DNA of 63,957 nt, counting the filler, from Guillardia theta CCMP2712 (lineage: Eukaryota; Protista; Cryptophyta), in NCBI RefSeq assembly GCF_000315625.1. It is 4 parts of 4 records of this genome, joined end to end, with 100 filler letters (N's around TTAATTAATTAA, not from the genome) between each part and the next. Parts side by side here need not be neighbours in the genome. Positions count along the whole stretch, not along the records: positions 1 to 21,213 come from NW_005434413.1; 3 more parts are not named here. One strand, written 5' to 3'. Shown here one piece after another: positions 1-11,821 of this stretch (within the stretch, counting starts at the first letter, position 1; every line of letters begins with the position of its first letter). The notes under the pieces were generated by a model, which worked only from the letters and a program-made list of their open reading frames with translations, did not search any database and had not been told where the DNA came from. The translations under genes were made by a program, and so were the position numbers.

Positions 1-3000
1 GAGAGGAGAGAGAGGAGGAGGGCGGCTAACCTGCGAGAAAAGAGCTTCTCTGAGCATGTCCAGCCGATCTCCCAAGGTGCTGCAGCGATCCAAAACCTCT
101 TGGAGAGGCTCCTCCTCGTAATCCTGTTGAATCAATGAAGGGAACCAAATCAGTGAGCCCTTATTCTCCTCCTCCTCCTCCTCCTCCTCCTCCTCCTCCT
201 CCTCACTACCACCATCTCAACCACCATCTCTATTTCTATCTCCATCCTCCTCCTCCTCATCTTTCTCTCCATCCCGATCAAGCATCCTCAAACAGAATCA
301 CTCTCAACCTGAGCTCGCGACACGTTCACCACAGGCTCTGCTGCGGATACGTCAGTCTGTCGGGGCACGAAACTTCTTCTTCCCATGTACCTCGACGAGC
401 ATTGACATGCTTCAGCACGGCGTTCTCACTCAGCAGGTGCTGTCGTTCCACTTGCAGTGACGTCAGGATCCTGTCAGAACTCGTTCAGAACGCGCGGGAG
501 CGACTGCTCTCGACCTCTTGATCGCAGCGTTCTCTGACTCGAGCCGGTTGACACTCGACTGCAGCTGGTGGGCACAGTAGTTTGACAGCTCGAAATCGAG
601 ATTCCTGCTCGACAACTACAGTCAAGTTTGACAATCTTTGACAACTCCAGTGACAAATCCAGCAGTCAAGTTTGACAACTACAGTCTTAACGGCTCCGAC
701 TGCTCCCCCAACTCCTCCTCACCTGGACTGTAGAGTCTTGTTCAACAGATCTCGCTCGATCTCCAGAACTTGCAGCCTCGAGTTCAGCGAGTAGAACTGA
801 AAACGAAAATTTACAGAGGGACAGAAAACCCAGCTCGCGCCCACCTGCTGCTCGATCTCCATCTTCTCAGCACTCAGGACGGCCAGATTCTGCTCTGGGG
901 ACAGTTTGCTCTGTCTCGACATGGTTTCGTTCCTGGCCTTCAAGATTTCAAGTTCGCTGTGGGCCAACTTCAAGTTGAATTCGGAATTCGACAGCTCTGC
1001 GGGAAGGATCTCAGCATCGGGGAAGAGGGAGGCCAGCTCCAGTCCAGCTGACCTGCTTTGACAACTTCGATCTGCAAGGACGAGGGTCAATGGCAGGTGT
1101 CAAGTGGAGGCTCCTCACCTCCTGCTCCAGCAGCTTGATCCTTGCTCGCAGTTCCCCCGGCTCGTTGTTCTCCGGGGAGACGGTGAAGTCTCGCTCGACG
1201 GCCTCGCTCGTGTCGCTGTCGGGGTCTTGTCGGAACTTCCTGCCGTCGGACCCTTTGTGCGGCGTCTCCTGGGAGGAAAAGAAATGGTCGTGCGAGCTTC
1301 TCCTCCTCCTCGGCTGCGAGAGCTCTAGGCGAGAATCTCTGCGACGACGTCAGGAGTCTGACTACTCGTCACAGCAGTCTGTCTCTCGTCGACCCACAAC
1401 TCCAGCAGTCACGCAAGCTCCAGAGCAGCTACCTGAAGACCGCTGCTACGTGCGACCCAGCATACTTCTCGAGGGCGGCGGAGGGCGAGAACGTCTCGTT
1501 CATTCTGTGGCTGTGGGGGAGGAGCGAATGTCAGGCGCGAGGGGAAGTGGAGGTCAGAGGTCGATGCAGTGCTGACCTTGCCTCCTCCTCCTCCTCCTCC
1601 TCCAGCTTCGAGGGTTTCCGCCCAGCCGGAGTGAACTGGATCAAACTTCAGCCTTCTTCCAGCCCGTCGGGACGGGCAGCAACTCACTTGAGACGGCTGA
1701 GGCAAGTTCGCCTCGGAGCCCTGCTCTTCATCTCCCTTGTCCCTTGCTCTCGGGCCGTCAACCGCGGCCTGCGGGGATCCGACGTTATCCCGTGACTCAG
1801 CAGCCTCCCTGGAGCTTCCCACCTGTACGATCGCCAGTTCGTACTCGTTGTGCAGTCCTTGAAAGCAAGCAGGGCGTCAGACAAGCTCAGGAGGGCGAGG
1901 AGGAGAGGAGGGAGGAGGAGGAGGAGAGGAGAGGAGAGACTCAGATTGTGTGTAAACTCATGAGCAGGCGAACGAGCTGACGCTCTGAGACGGCCATGCT
2001 GCAAGAGCGGGCCTCGTCTCTCGTCTGTGCCACGAGGGCACAGCCCCCTGCCATGAGGATACCAAGGCAGACGCTCGCGGCAGCTCTGGACCGAGTGGGA
2101 ATCTCTTGTGTTGATATTCCAGGATAGACTCTCAGACTCCTGGACGTCGCGAGTGCAATCGACAGAGGACAAAGTTGTGGTGCGTTCCTGACGAGCAGGC
2201 GCGGACCAATCAACCTGGTTTAGGGTTTGCTGAAAGGAATGAGCCGTCGGCCCTTCCCCGCAACGGTGGTCACATCGAGTCTGCCTAGCGCGCCGCCTTG
2301 CAAGTTGGGCATGCCGAGGTCGCCTGCCTACAGCCGTAGCTGAGGGGCGGAGCCTCTTCAGCACACGCTCATCACCGTCTCTCCTTCTCAGCACCGGTGG
2401 ACTAGGAGGAGGAGGGGGGGGGGGGGGAGCGGGGGGGAAGGGGCAAACCCCCCAACATTGAACAGGTACTCCTCGGCGTCTCTGCAACGCAAGAAAGTCA
2501 AAAACGGCAGGTCGTTTAGGGAGCAGCACCCGTCAAACTTCACCATGCAGCTCATCCCACCCTTCTGTACTGCTGTGATCCGTCCTGAAGCACCGATCAA
2601 CCCACGAGGAGGAGGAGGAACGAGGAGCGGGACAAGGAGGAGGAGGGAGGAGGAGGGAGGAGGGAGGAGGGAGGGAGCACCGGCGCCCTTGTCAGGAAGG
2701 TACGGCCTCTCTTTCAGAGTTGTCCGAGACAACCTGACTTGCTGCCCTAGCTCAGCTGGAGTGTCCTTTCCGACCAGGACTTCAGCTACTTGATCCTTGT
2801 GCTGGGGACGGAGCTGAGCCTCGGGACTCAGGGAGTCCCTCTTGGAGTACGCGCGCGGCTTCTTGAGACCGCTCATCTTCGCTTTCCCTTGCGTCTTCAC
2901 TTTAGCATGCGGCGTCTTAGGCAGGGGGCCCTTCTTGTGCCCGGTAGGAGATAACTTGAGCTCTGGCGTTTGAAAGCTCTTGCCTCTGCTGTCCAGCTTC

Positions 3001-3083
3001 ACGGGATCGTAGGAGACGTCCTCGGAGGAATACGAGCAGGCGACGAAGATCACGAGGACGACGAGGAGAACTTTGGTGGACAT
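1..3083 (-). CDS. Multi-exon hypothetical protein: signal peptide, possible MIB/HERC2-like (SH3-like) module, then low-complexity and coiled-coil region; 3' end runs off the window
   Basis: ATG at 3083 with hydrophobic leader MSTKVLLVVLVIFVACSYS. Spliced reading GQQVRLS...GAGRITAVQKGGMSCMVKFDGDAEEYLFNVG probably joins LHNEYELAIVQ (~1858). Downstream exons are coiled-coil-like (NLKLAHSELEILKARNE, LSAEKMEIEQQ). It could be two genes. Confidence 0.45.
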
Positions 3084-3804
3084 GGCTGAAGTTCCTTGGA
3101 GCTACTCTGATAACCTTACATGCCAAGGGGATTATTCTGAACTCCTGTCATGCTCTACCTGAAGCACTTGTTGAGCATGATCCTCACTCTCTCCTCTTCA
3201 ACCTCTTGTTTCCTCTCTCTTCCTCTCTCTTCCTCTCTCTTCTTCTCTCTTCTTCTCTCCTCCTCCTCCTCCTCTCTCTCCCTCACTCGCCTTCGCTTCC
3301 TGCCATTCCCGCCACCTCGGCCCCTCTTTATCTTTCAGCCCCCCTCATCCCCTCCTCCTCTCTGAGGCGGGCTCGTTTTGATCCGCCTTATCAGAGGCAA
3401 CGCAATGCTGTGTAGTTCATCCTACCTACCCGCCGCTCCCCCCTCCCTCCTCCTCCTCTTCGTCCTCCTCGTTCCTCCTCGTTCCTTCTCGTCCTCGTCC
3501 TCGTCCTCCTCGTCCTCGTCCTCACCTTTCCTCCCTTTCCCTCTCTCACCTCTTCTCACCTCTACTTCTCCTCTGTGGTATCAAATTTAACTTTCTCACC
3601 CTCCTTCTCGCATCTTTCCTCTCCCCCCCTACTAGATTCTCTAACTCTGTCTTTTTTCCTGCGTCAACACAAGTTTTTCGTCTGCAATCTCATCCTAACA
3701 TCTCTACCTCCTCCCTCCTCTAACTTCATTCCAACCACCCGACTCCTCTATTCTCATCTCTTCAACCCAATTTCACATACAGGGACAACATCTATCATCC
3801 CATC

Positions 3805-5481
3805 ATGAGATCCTTGCATACAACCGCGTCCTTTACCCTCCTCCTGCTTATCCTTCCTCTATCGCCGTCATCCACTGTCAACACCCGCCCGTCCCTCCTC
3901 TGCCTTCGAGGTGGATTCCCCGAGGCCAGCAAGGAGCAGGAGCGGGACGTGGAGAACGTGGAGGCATCATGCCGGGAGGGAGCTGAGTTCATCAAGTCAG
4001 TCAGCCGCACAGCAGCTCTCTCCTTCGACAGCAACATGCGGCCGGTTGCTGGCAGGCCCATCTGTGCGACAATGGAGGATTGCAGGAAGTACGATGTAAT
4101 GCCGGGTAGCCTTCAAGTCGTTCCCGTCTACCGCAACTTGTCGCAAGTGCGGGAGCTTCCTGGGATCCACGAGGGGCTCAACGACTTCGAAAGGGCCTTC
4201 CTGACCTTTGCTACTGAGGAGAGCGCCGACGCGCGGCACCTGCACAGCCTTGCGAGGATTTTTGAGGACAACAACGTTTCCTGCGGATCGTTGGGGATCT
4301 TCAACGAGGAGAACGAGATCAGGGACGAAGAGGTCTACCGCAAGATCGCTCAGTACGTGAAGGATGCGGAGGAGAGAGGAGTGGAGGTAGAGCAGTCGTT
4401 GGATCCGACTCCCAACTTGAATGTACCGGATGAAATGGATAGCGAGGATCCTGCTAGAGAGCTTCACAGTCGGCTGCTGTCAGCGGCAGCAGACGGTGAG
4501 AGGCGAGTGGGAGTGGGAGTCCGAAGGCTCTGACGAGGCTGCAGGAGACGTTGACAAGATTGAGAGGCTGCTGAGCGCTGGAGCTCCGATGGACCCGCAA
4601 GAGTTCCAGGTCCACTACTCCCCTCTCATGCACGCAGCTTCCTACGGGCACGTGGAGGCCTGCAAGTACCTCATCGAGCGAGGAGCGAACGTCTCCGCCA
4701 GGAGCTTCTACAACGGCACTGCCCTCCACTACGCAGCTGCCAAGGGGCAAGTCGAAGTCTGCCAGCTCCTGCTCGACTACGGAGCAGATCCCAACAGCTT
4801 CGCGGAGTGGGGAGGAACGCCGATGGAGTGGGCGCTGGAGACGTTCGAGATCGAGGCGGCCAAGTTTCTCTCCGGCTTGACCGGCGACTACCATCAGCTC
4901 GGTCGCGACCATCCTCGCCCCTGGCTCGGCAGCGACATCGACACCTTCCGGGCAGCTGCGAGGGAGGCAAACATAACGTTGGCCGAGGATGGGTACTGGA
5001 AGAGACTGCTGGCCGCTAGGGAGGCCGCCAAGGCTGAGCGAGAAGCACGACGGAAGGAGAAGAAGGGGAGGAAGAAGAAGGACCCCTACCGTGGAGAAGT
5101 GGTCGTGCCTAAGAAGAAGGTGGTGGTGGTGGTGGAGGAGGAGGAGGAGGAGGCTGCTGCTGAGCCGTCGCAGGTTCTGGATCCCTCCATGTTCTACTCG
5201 AAGTGGGTGGGCGACTCCATCAAGTTCGGGGAGTTCTGCGATGTGAGGGAGGGAGGGAGGGAGGGAGGGAGGGAGGGAGGGAGGGAGGGAGGGAGGGAGG
5301 GAGGGACTGCCGCCTGACGCTGCTGCTGTAGACCAAGAGCGGAGGACTCGATATCGCTATGCTCGACACGTCTACGGTACTCGAGGCTCTCAGCTTACCT
5401 GACCTGACGTGCTGGCAGCTGGGAGACAGGTGGAAGGACGAGGGAGAGGAGAATTCAAAACCAAGAGGATGGGATAGTTGA
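3805..5481 (+). CDS. Signal-peptide-bearing ankyrin-repeat protein (3 exons) with LCLRGG motif after the leader
   Basis: Removing intron 4496-4544 (GT..AG) gives AAADGDVDKIERLLSAGA, followed by the ankyrin repeats SPLMHAASYGHVEACKYLIERGANV and TALHYAAAKGQVEVCQLLLDYGADPN. A second intron holds a (GGGA)n tract. The last exon TKSGGLD...RGWDS ends at TGA 5479-5481. Confidence 0.8.
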
Positions 5482-5588
5482 CAAGTCAAAGATGATGAGG
5501 CCTGGGAATAGATTCTTGATGCAATTACAATGAATAAACAATCACAACAGAGTTGAACTAGCTCCGGCTCCAGCGTTGCTTGTCACAC

Positions 5589-8500
5589 TTACAAACACTG
5601 AGACGAACGGTTCTGTATTAGCCCGACCGTCACCTGCTCTTTCTTCACTCCTCCTCCTCCCCGCCACCTCCCAGTCTGACCTGATGCTTCCCGCCGTTAC
5701 ATATCACGACGATACCATGCTCCTCGAGTACCGCCAGCCCCTGGGGCGCTACCAGCCCCCCCGCCATGATCGTTGACATCATCTGGGATCGCAAGTCCAG
5801 CACCCGGACCTGGGAAAATGAACGCGTGAGGGGTCGAAGGAGTCGCAACTCGCACTGGTTCACCTGGTTGTTGTCTGAATCAGAGATGAGGAGAAAATTC
5901 CCCGAAAGCGCGAGAGCTCGAGGAAAGGAAAACCCAACCTGAACATACACGGGTTGAGAAAGAGATAGAACCGAGAGGAGGAGGAGCGAGGAGGAGGAGG
6001 AGGAGCGAGGAGGAGGAGGATGAAGAGGAGGAGGAGGAAGAGAAGGAGAAGGAGAAGCAGGAAGAGGAGGAGAAGGAGGAGTTGGTGGTGGTGGTGGTGG
6101 TGGAGCAGGAGGAGCAGTAGCATGCAACACACTTAACCTGTCGTGTGCTTCCATCAAGGCATCGGACGGTTGCCATGCTCCTTCTGCTTCGGATCGAACC
6201 ATCAGTGAGGTCTACCTCCACCAAGTCGCTCCTGTATTGATCTGTAACGAACGCCGAGACATCACCTGAGCAGTACAAGTGAGTCGAGCGAACAAGAACA
6301 CAGTTGGTTGAGAGAACAAGAACACAGTTGGTTGAGAGAACAAGAACACAGTTGGTTGAGAGAACAAGAACACAGTTGGTTGAGAGAACAAGAACACAGT
6401 TGGTTGAGAGAACAAGAACACAGTTGTGAAGAGGAGAAACAAGAAGTAGCGCATTGCCTGCTCTTATCGAGATGCCTGCCGGATAAACGAAATCAGGAGA
6501 GTATCCGCTGCTACTGACGATGGGGAGGGTCGTGACTAGCTTGCTATCAAGAGTGATGATCCGGATCTTGTTGTTATACATATCGGTCACTGCAACCTTG
6601 GTACCATCCCCGAAGAAGCTCAGGGCACTCGGAAAGTTGAACTTGGCGTCAGTGCCGATGCCGTCTTGGAACCCAGCGCCTCCGTCGCCTGCCAAGGTTG
6701 AGATGGACATGTTGGAGACGTTGAAACTGCGGACGCGATGGTTGAAACCGTCGGCGATGAGCACGATTGAGTTGTCCGGTGACGTGGCGAGAGCGATCGG
6801 GTGGTTGAACATGGCAGCACGAGCCTCGCCGTCAGCGAAACCGACGTAACCGCTACCGGCGAGAGTTCCGACTTGCAACGAGATGACGTTGATGTACCTT
6901 ACCACGTGATTTCCCACCTCCGAGACCAGCACAAGGGTGTCCGAGCCCAGCTGGAGGATGGCGACCCCTGACGGACCGTTGAAGCATGCGTTGGACAAGT
7001 TGCCGTCTATGTAGCAGCCTTCACCTATGCCGTAAGGATCCTCGCAAACGACGTTGGCAGTCCTGATCTTGTGCTTGCCTGCCTGGCATGCCTGGCACGA
7101 GTCGTTGTAGTATCCATACCCTGACGAGCACAGGCAGTCGGCGACAGATGTCGACCCAGCAACTGACTCGCTATAACTCGGGCACGACAAACAGTCAGAC
7201 GACAGCGTTGCTCCCTCCGTCTCCCTATAAGTGTCCCTGGCGCAAAGCAGGCAGGCGTATGAGCCAAGAGTCTCCTTGTACTTGCCTGGCTCGCATGTTG
7301 TGCAGTTGCCGCCCCCGTCTGGTCCCGTGTACCCTGCCTTGCACTTGCAGTCTGTGTAGCTCCCGCTCCCTACCCCGGCGGTCCACGAGTTGACCGGGCA
7401 TGCTTGACAGGTCGACGAGTTGTCTGCCGCGCGCCCCTCCGAGTACTTGCCTGCCTCGCATGGCACGCAGCTTGCGTTGCCAGCGTCCTCCTTGTACGTG
7501 CCTGGCTCGCATGCCGTGCAGTTGCTGCCCCCGTCTGGTCCCGTGTACCCTGCCTTGCACACACAGGCTTGCATCAAGCTGCTTGCTTCAGCGAAGGTAA
7601 AGCTAAATGCTGGACAGGTCGTACATTCCTGTGGACCGAGAGTCTCCTTGTACGTGCCTGGCTCGCATGCCGTGCAGTTGCCGCCCCCGTCTGGTCCCGT
7701 GTACCCTGCCTTGCACTTGCAGTCTGTGTAGCTCCCGCCCCCTACCCCGGCTGTCCACGAGTTGACCGGGCATGCTTGACAGGTCGACGAGTTGTCTGCC
7801 GCGCGCCCCTCCGAGTACTTGCCTGCCTCGCATGGCACGCAGCTTGCGTTGCCAGCGTCCTCCTTGTACGTGCCTGGCTCGCATGCCGTGCAGTTGCTGC
7901 CCCCGTCTGGTCCCGTGTACCCTGCCTTGCACACACAGGCTTGCATCAAGCTGCTTGCTTCAGCGAAGGTAAAGCTAAATGCTGGACAGGTCGTACATTC
8001 CTGTGGACCGAGAGTCTCCTTGTACGTGCCTGGCTCGCATGCCGTGCAGTTGCCGCCCCCGTCTGGTCCCGTGTACCCTGCCTTGCACTTGCAGTCTGTG
8101 TAGCTCCCGCTCCCTACCCCGGCGGTCCACGAGTTGACCGGGCATGCTTGACAGGTCGACGAGTTGTCTGCCGCGCGCCCCTCCGAGTACTTGCCTGCCT
8201 CGCATGGCACGCAGCTTGCGTTGCCAGCGTCCTCCTTGTACGTGCCTGGCTCGCATGCCGTGCAGTTGCCGCCCCCGTCTGGTCCCGTGTACCCTGCCTT
8301 GCACTTGCAGTCTGTGTAGCTCCCGCTCCCTACCCCGGCGGTCCACGAGTTGACCGGGCATGCTTGACAGGTCGACGAGTTGTCTGCCGCGCGCCCCTCC
8401 GAGTACTTGCCTGCCTCGCATGGCACGCAGCTTGCGTTGCCAGCGACCTCCTTGTACGTGCCTGGCTCGCATGCCGTGCAGTTGCTGCCCCCGTCTGGTC

Positions 8501-10790
8501 CCGTGTACCCTGCCTTGCACTTGCAGTCTGTGTAGCTCCCGCCCCCTACCCCGGCGGTCCACGAGTTGACCGGGCATGCTTGACAGGTCGACGAGTTGTC
8601 TGCCGCGCGCCCCTCCGAGTACTTGCCTGCCTCGCATGGCACGCAGCTTGCGTTGCCAGCGTCCTCCTTGTACGTGCCTGGCTCGCATGCCGTGCAGTTG
8701 CTGCCCCCGTCTGGTCCCGTGTACCCTGCCTTGCACTTGCAGTCTGTGTAGCTCCCGCCCCCTACCCCGGCGGTCCACGAGTTGACCGGGCATGCTTGAC
8801 AGGTCGACGAGTTGTCTGCCGCGCGCCCCTCCGAGTACTTGCCTGCCTCGCATGGCACGCAGCTTGCGTTGCCAGCGTCCTCCTTGTACGTGCCTGGCTC
8901 GCATGCCGTGCAGTTGCTGCCCCCGTCTGGTCCCGTGTACCCTGACTTGCACACACATTGGTGAAGGGAAAGGCTTCCTTCGAATTGTGTTGTCATGTGA
9001 TCAGGACAGGTTGTACATTCCTGTGTTCCGAGTGTGTCTTTGTATTTGCCTAGAGCACATGGTATGCAAGATTCGTTTGCTTTGTAGTAACCGATTAAAC
9101 ACACGCAATCGTTCAAGGTTTCGCTGCTTTCTGGGCTTGTCGAAAACTCAGGGCATGGCTTGCACAAGGAGTTGTTTACCGAATCTTTGTATGTGCCAGC
9201 CTTGCAGGGGGTGCATGTACTGCTAGAATTTGAACGTTCAAAACCTTGCAAGCAAGAACAAGTCTGTCCATCTAGAGAGGTTGAAAAATTTGGGCAATTT
9301 CCACACTCCGTGTCACTATTTACAGTGCACCCTTTTGACAAGATTTGCCCTGCATTACACATGGAGCAATTCCTGCACAGGTTGTCTGCAGTCTGGTTGC
9401 AAGGAGCTGCGATGTATTGGTTTGCCTCGCATGGAGTGCATGCCTTACACAAAGAATCCTCCAGAGCTGAACATGCTGACATCAAAACTTCTCCCTCCTG
9501 GCAAATCGTACAGTTGGTGCATGTTGAAGCTCCTTGCAAGGCAAACTGCTTGTTGGTACAGGAAAGGGAGAACAAAGACAGTTGAAAGGCTGTACCCTGA
9601 AAACCGCCGATCGATTCGAATGAAACTACAAGGGAAGAAAGAGCGAACGTCACGTTGTAAGACGATTCATGGGTGAAGGCACTCAAATTCCATACACTGT
9701 GACAATCGTCTCGAACCTGAACGCTGTCCAACAGCACCTGAGACGGGCAAGACCAAAGTTGAAGTCTCAACTGCGCAAGAGCGTCTTGCACTGGGCGGGT
9801 TTGCAGGAGAGAAGTGATATGAGTCGCGTTTGGCGGTGAAAACCACCATTGACAGTTGTAGTTGTAATGCCAGCCTCCAAACCCGTTGGTCACATTGATG
9901 ATCTCACTTGACAGCAAGGTCTCTGATGCAGGACACTTACTGTACGAAGAGTCCCACGTAAGTTGCAAAGTGTATGTGTCTGACAAGGAACGATCAAGGT
10001 CAATCTTCACTCCATACTCAGAGTCCAGTGACATGGTGCTGTTGGAGACGTTCTCACAAGTAAAGAGCTGTGCTAGAGCGGAAGCAGCGCAATCCATGCT
10101 GAGGCATCGATACACGCGGTAAGTCTCAGACCGATTGGTGCAACTCGTCTGCTCCAGATCAAAAGTTCGCAAGGACAGCACAACCCTCGATATTCCTGGT
10201 GGTTGGATCAGCCAACTGCAGACATCGGAACTCGCTCCCATGGATTCAGAGACCTGGCCCGAGTTACTTCTAATGGGATGAGTCTCGTTTGTGCAACCCT
10301 CAGTCAACCCGACATAGCTGAAATTGACGCCCGACGGGCTCGGAATGGCTGAGATGGTGAGATTGATGTAAAGCCCGAAATTCACAGGGACCTTTTCCAA
10401 CGTCGAACCACAGACTGTGCCAAAGGCCGATCTGCTCGCACAGAAGACATCTTGGCACACGAGTATCTCAATGAAGAAATCCTTGGAGCATTCCAAGCTC
10501 GCATTCAGGCCCAGAGAAAACTGCACGGATGCAATCGAGCTTGAAGGAGGAGAAATCAACCAGGAGCATGAGTATGCCTCTCCACCAGGAAGCATCAGTG
10601 CATACGTCCCCTGTGAATCCTTGGTCGTGCGCACCTGTCCCGCACAGGAAACAATCTCCTCTACACTGCGCACTTCCATCTTACCGCCGTCCTGCATGGA
10701 CACGGGTATTGCAGCCCAAACCAAACCCAGATTCATCAGCAGGCATGACAACACGAGTACACTCAACCCACTGTGGGAATACAGTGACAT
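5589..10790 (-). CDS. Large secreted Cys-rich protein: CUB-like domains, TNFR-like Cys repeats, GCC2_GCC3 (ephrin-receptor-like) repeats, C-terminal NHL beta-propeller
   Basis: 1636-aa ORF with signal peptide. CUB-like CSWLISPP, CSWLIQPP and CQWWFSPP. Repeated CxACxxGTYK...CxxCPxxS...CxCxxGYxGPDGG. NHL motifs GFADGEARAAMFNHPIALA and GFQDGIGTDAKFNFPSALS. 3' introns 6266-6457 and 5939-6137 plus two short ones lead to a stop at about 5589. No transmembrane segment seen. Confidence 0.85.
6290..6426. repeat. 24-bp minisatellite (GAGAACAAGAACACAGTTGGTTGA), ~5.7 copies, inside a predicted intron
   Basis: Exact tandem units visible; reads STNCVLVL repeatedly in the ORF frame. Confidence 0.95.
7268..8957. 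repeat. Coding tandem array of 216-bp units and 156-bp variant units, forming a 372-bp higher-order repeat
   Basis: Near-identical shadow ORFs recur at 8144/8360/8576/8792 (216-bp offset) and 7400/7772 (372-bp offset); the protein repeats are nearly identical. Confidence 0.95.
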
Positions 10791-10893
10791 CGATGCAACG
10801 AGAGGATCGGATTGGATCTTATCTGCGTTTCACGAGTGTTGCTGAATCATGATCTCTTCCTTGAGTTCAGTCATCTACCTCATCAGTTCACTG

Positions 10894-11066
10894 ACTTCCT
10901 CTTCCTGCCTCTGCCTCCTTCACTTCCACAGGCCTCCTGCCTCTGCCTCCTTCACTTCCTCGTCCTCTCTCTGTCTCCTTCACTTCCTCGTCCTCTCTCT
11001 GTCCCCTTCACTTCCTCGTCCTCTCTCTGCCTCCTTCACTTCCTCCTCCTCTCTCTGTCTCCTTCA
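10894..11066. repeat. ~28-bp pyrimidine-rich minisatellite (CCTTCACTTCCTCGTCCTCTCTCTGTCT), ~6 imperfect copies
   Basis: Tandem units just upstream of the 10790 start codon. Confidence 0.85.
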
Positions 11067-11246
11067 GTCACCATGATCCTCCTCCTCCTTCTCCCGCGCC
11101 TCCTCCTGCAAAGAGATGTCGCCATGCCATTTGACACAACCGTTACTCCAATCGTTACGTGCCCCCCCGGGGCCGGGCCTCGCCGCGGGCCGGGCTCAGG
11201 CGGCCCGGGCCCGGAGCGCTCGGGGACTACTTACCGCTACTGAACT

Positions 11247-11304
11247 TTTACTCAAAGTTAAGTTAAAAATCAGTAGGAGGACAATCAGGAGAGTCGAGGA
11301 GGCC
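11247..11304 (+). repeat. Dispersed intergenic motif, copy A
   Basis: TTTACTCAAAGTTAAGTTAAAAATCAGTAGGAGGACAATCAGGAGAGTCGAGGAGGC; first 29 nt identical to copies at 28554, 54365 and 56544. Confidence 0.9.
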
Positions 11305-11821
11305 ATTAATGATATCATTTTTTAAAGTAAAGTGTGTAGTAAACTTTTTGTACTTCGATCGAAAAGTAGTTTGTTCGATTGCCGTGAGGTTGAAAACCAA
11401 CTATTTCATCAGCCCGGCAGTAAAAAGAGTCGGCTTAACTTTCAGTAAACTCACGTGACGTGACGTGACGCGCTACCGGTAGTCACCTCGGGGAGTCCTG
11501 GGGGTGGTTGAGAGGTCACGTGACCCGATGATATCAATCGCGTCATCCGATCCCCGTGACTGGCATATCAATTGAACTTCATCTCTTGCGATTCATATCA
11601 GGCTTGCAGTGGACCACGACCCTCCGCGGCGGCTCAAGCTCGTCAATCTTCTAAGTGCCACCCTAAGCTCTGGGCCTCAACATGCCCCCCCCTCAGGCTC
11701 GCGCGGACGGCAGACTGGGTGAGTACAGAACAGGCCGCTTGCTTCCGAATCTTCATAGCACTTCCTCGTGAACGAACCCTGTCGCTTTACCTGCCGCGTC
11801 GCCAGCATCACAGCAGAAGCC

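Noticed and set aside
2216-2229. TTTAGGG telomere-like word
   Set aside because: Single unit; expected by chance.
6290-6426. Short direct repeats as a CRISPR array
   Set aside because: The units are contiguous with no unique spacers; eukaryotic context and no cas genes.
7404-8945. 513-aa plus-strand ORF and other ORFs overlapping the Cys-rich array
   Set aside because: Antisense or alternate-frame shadows of a stop-free tandem repeat.
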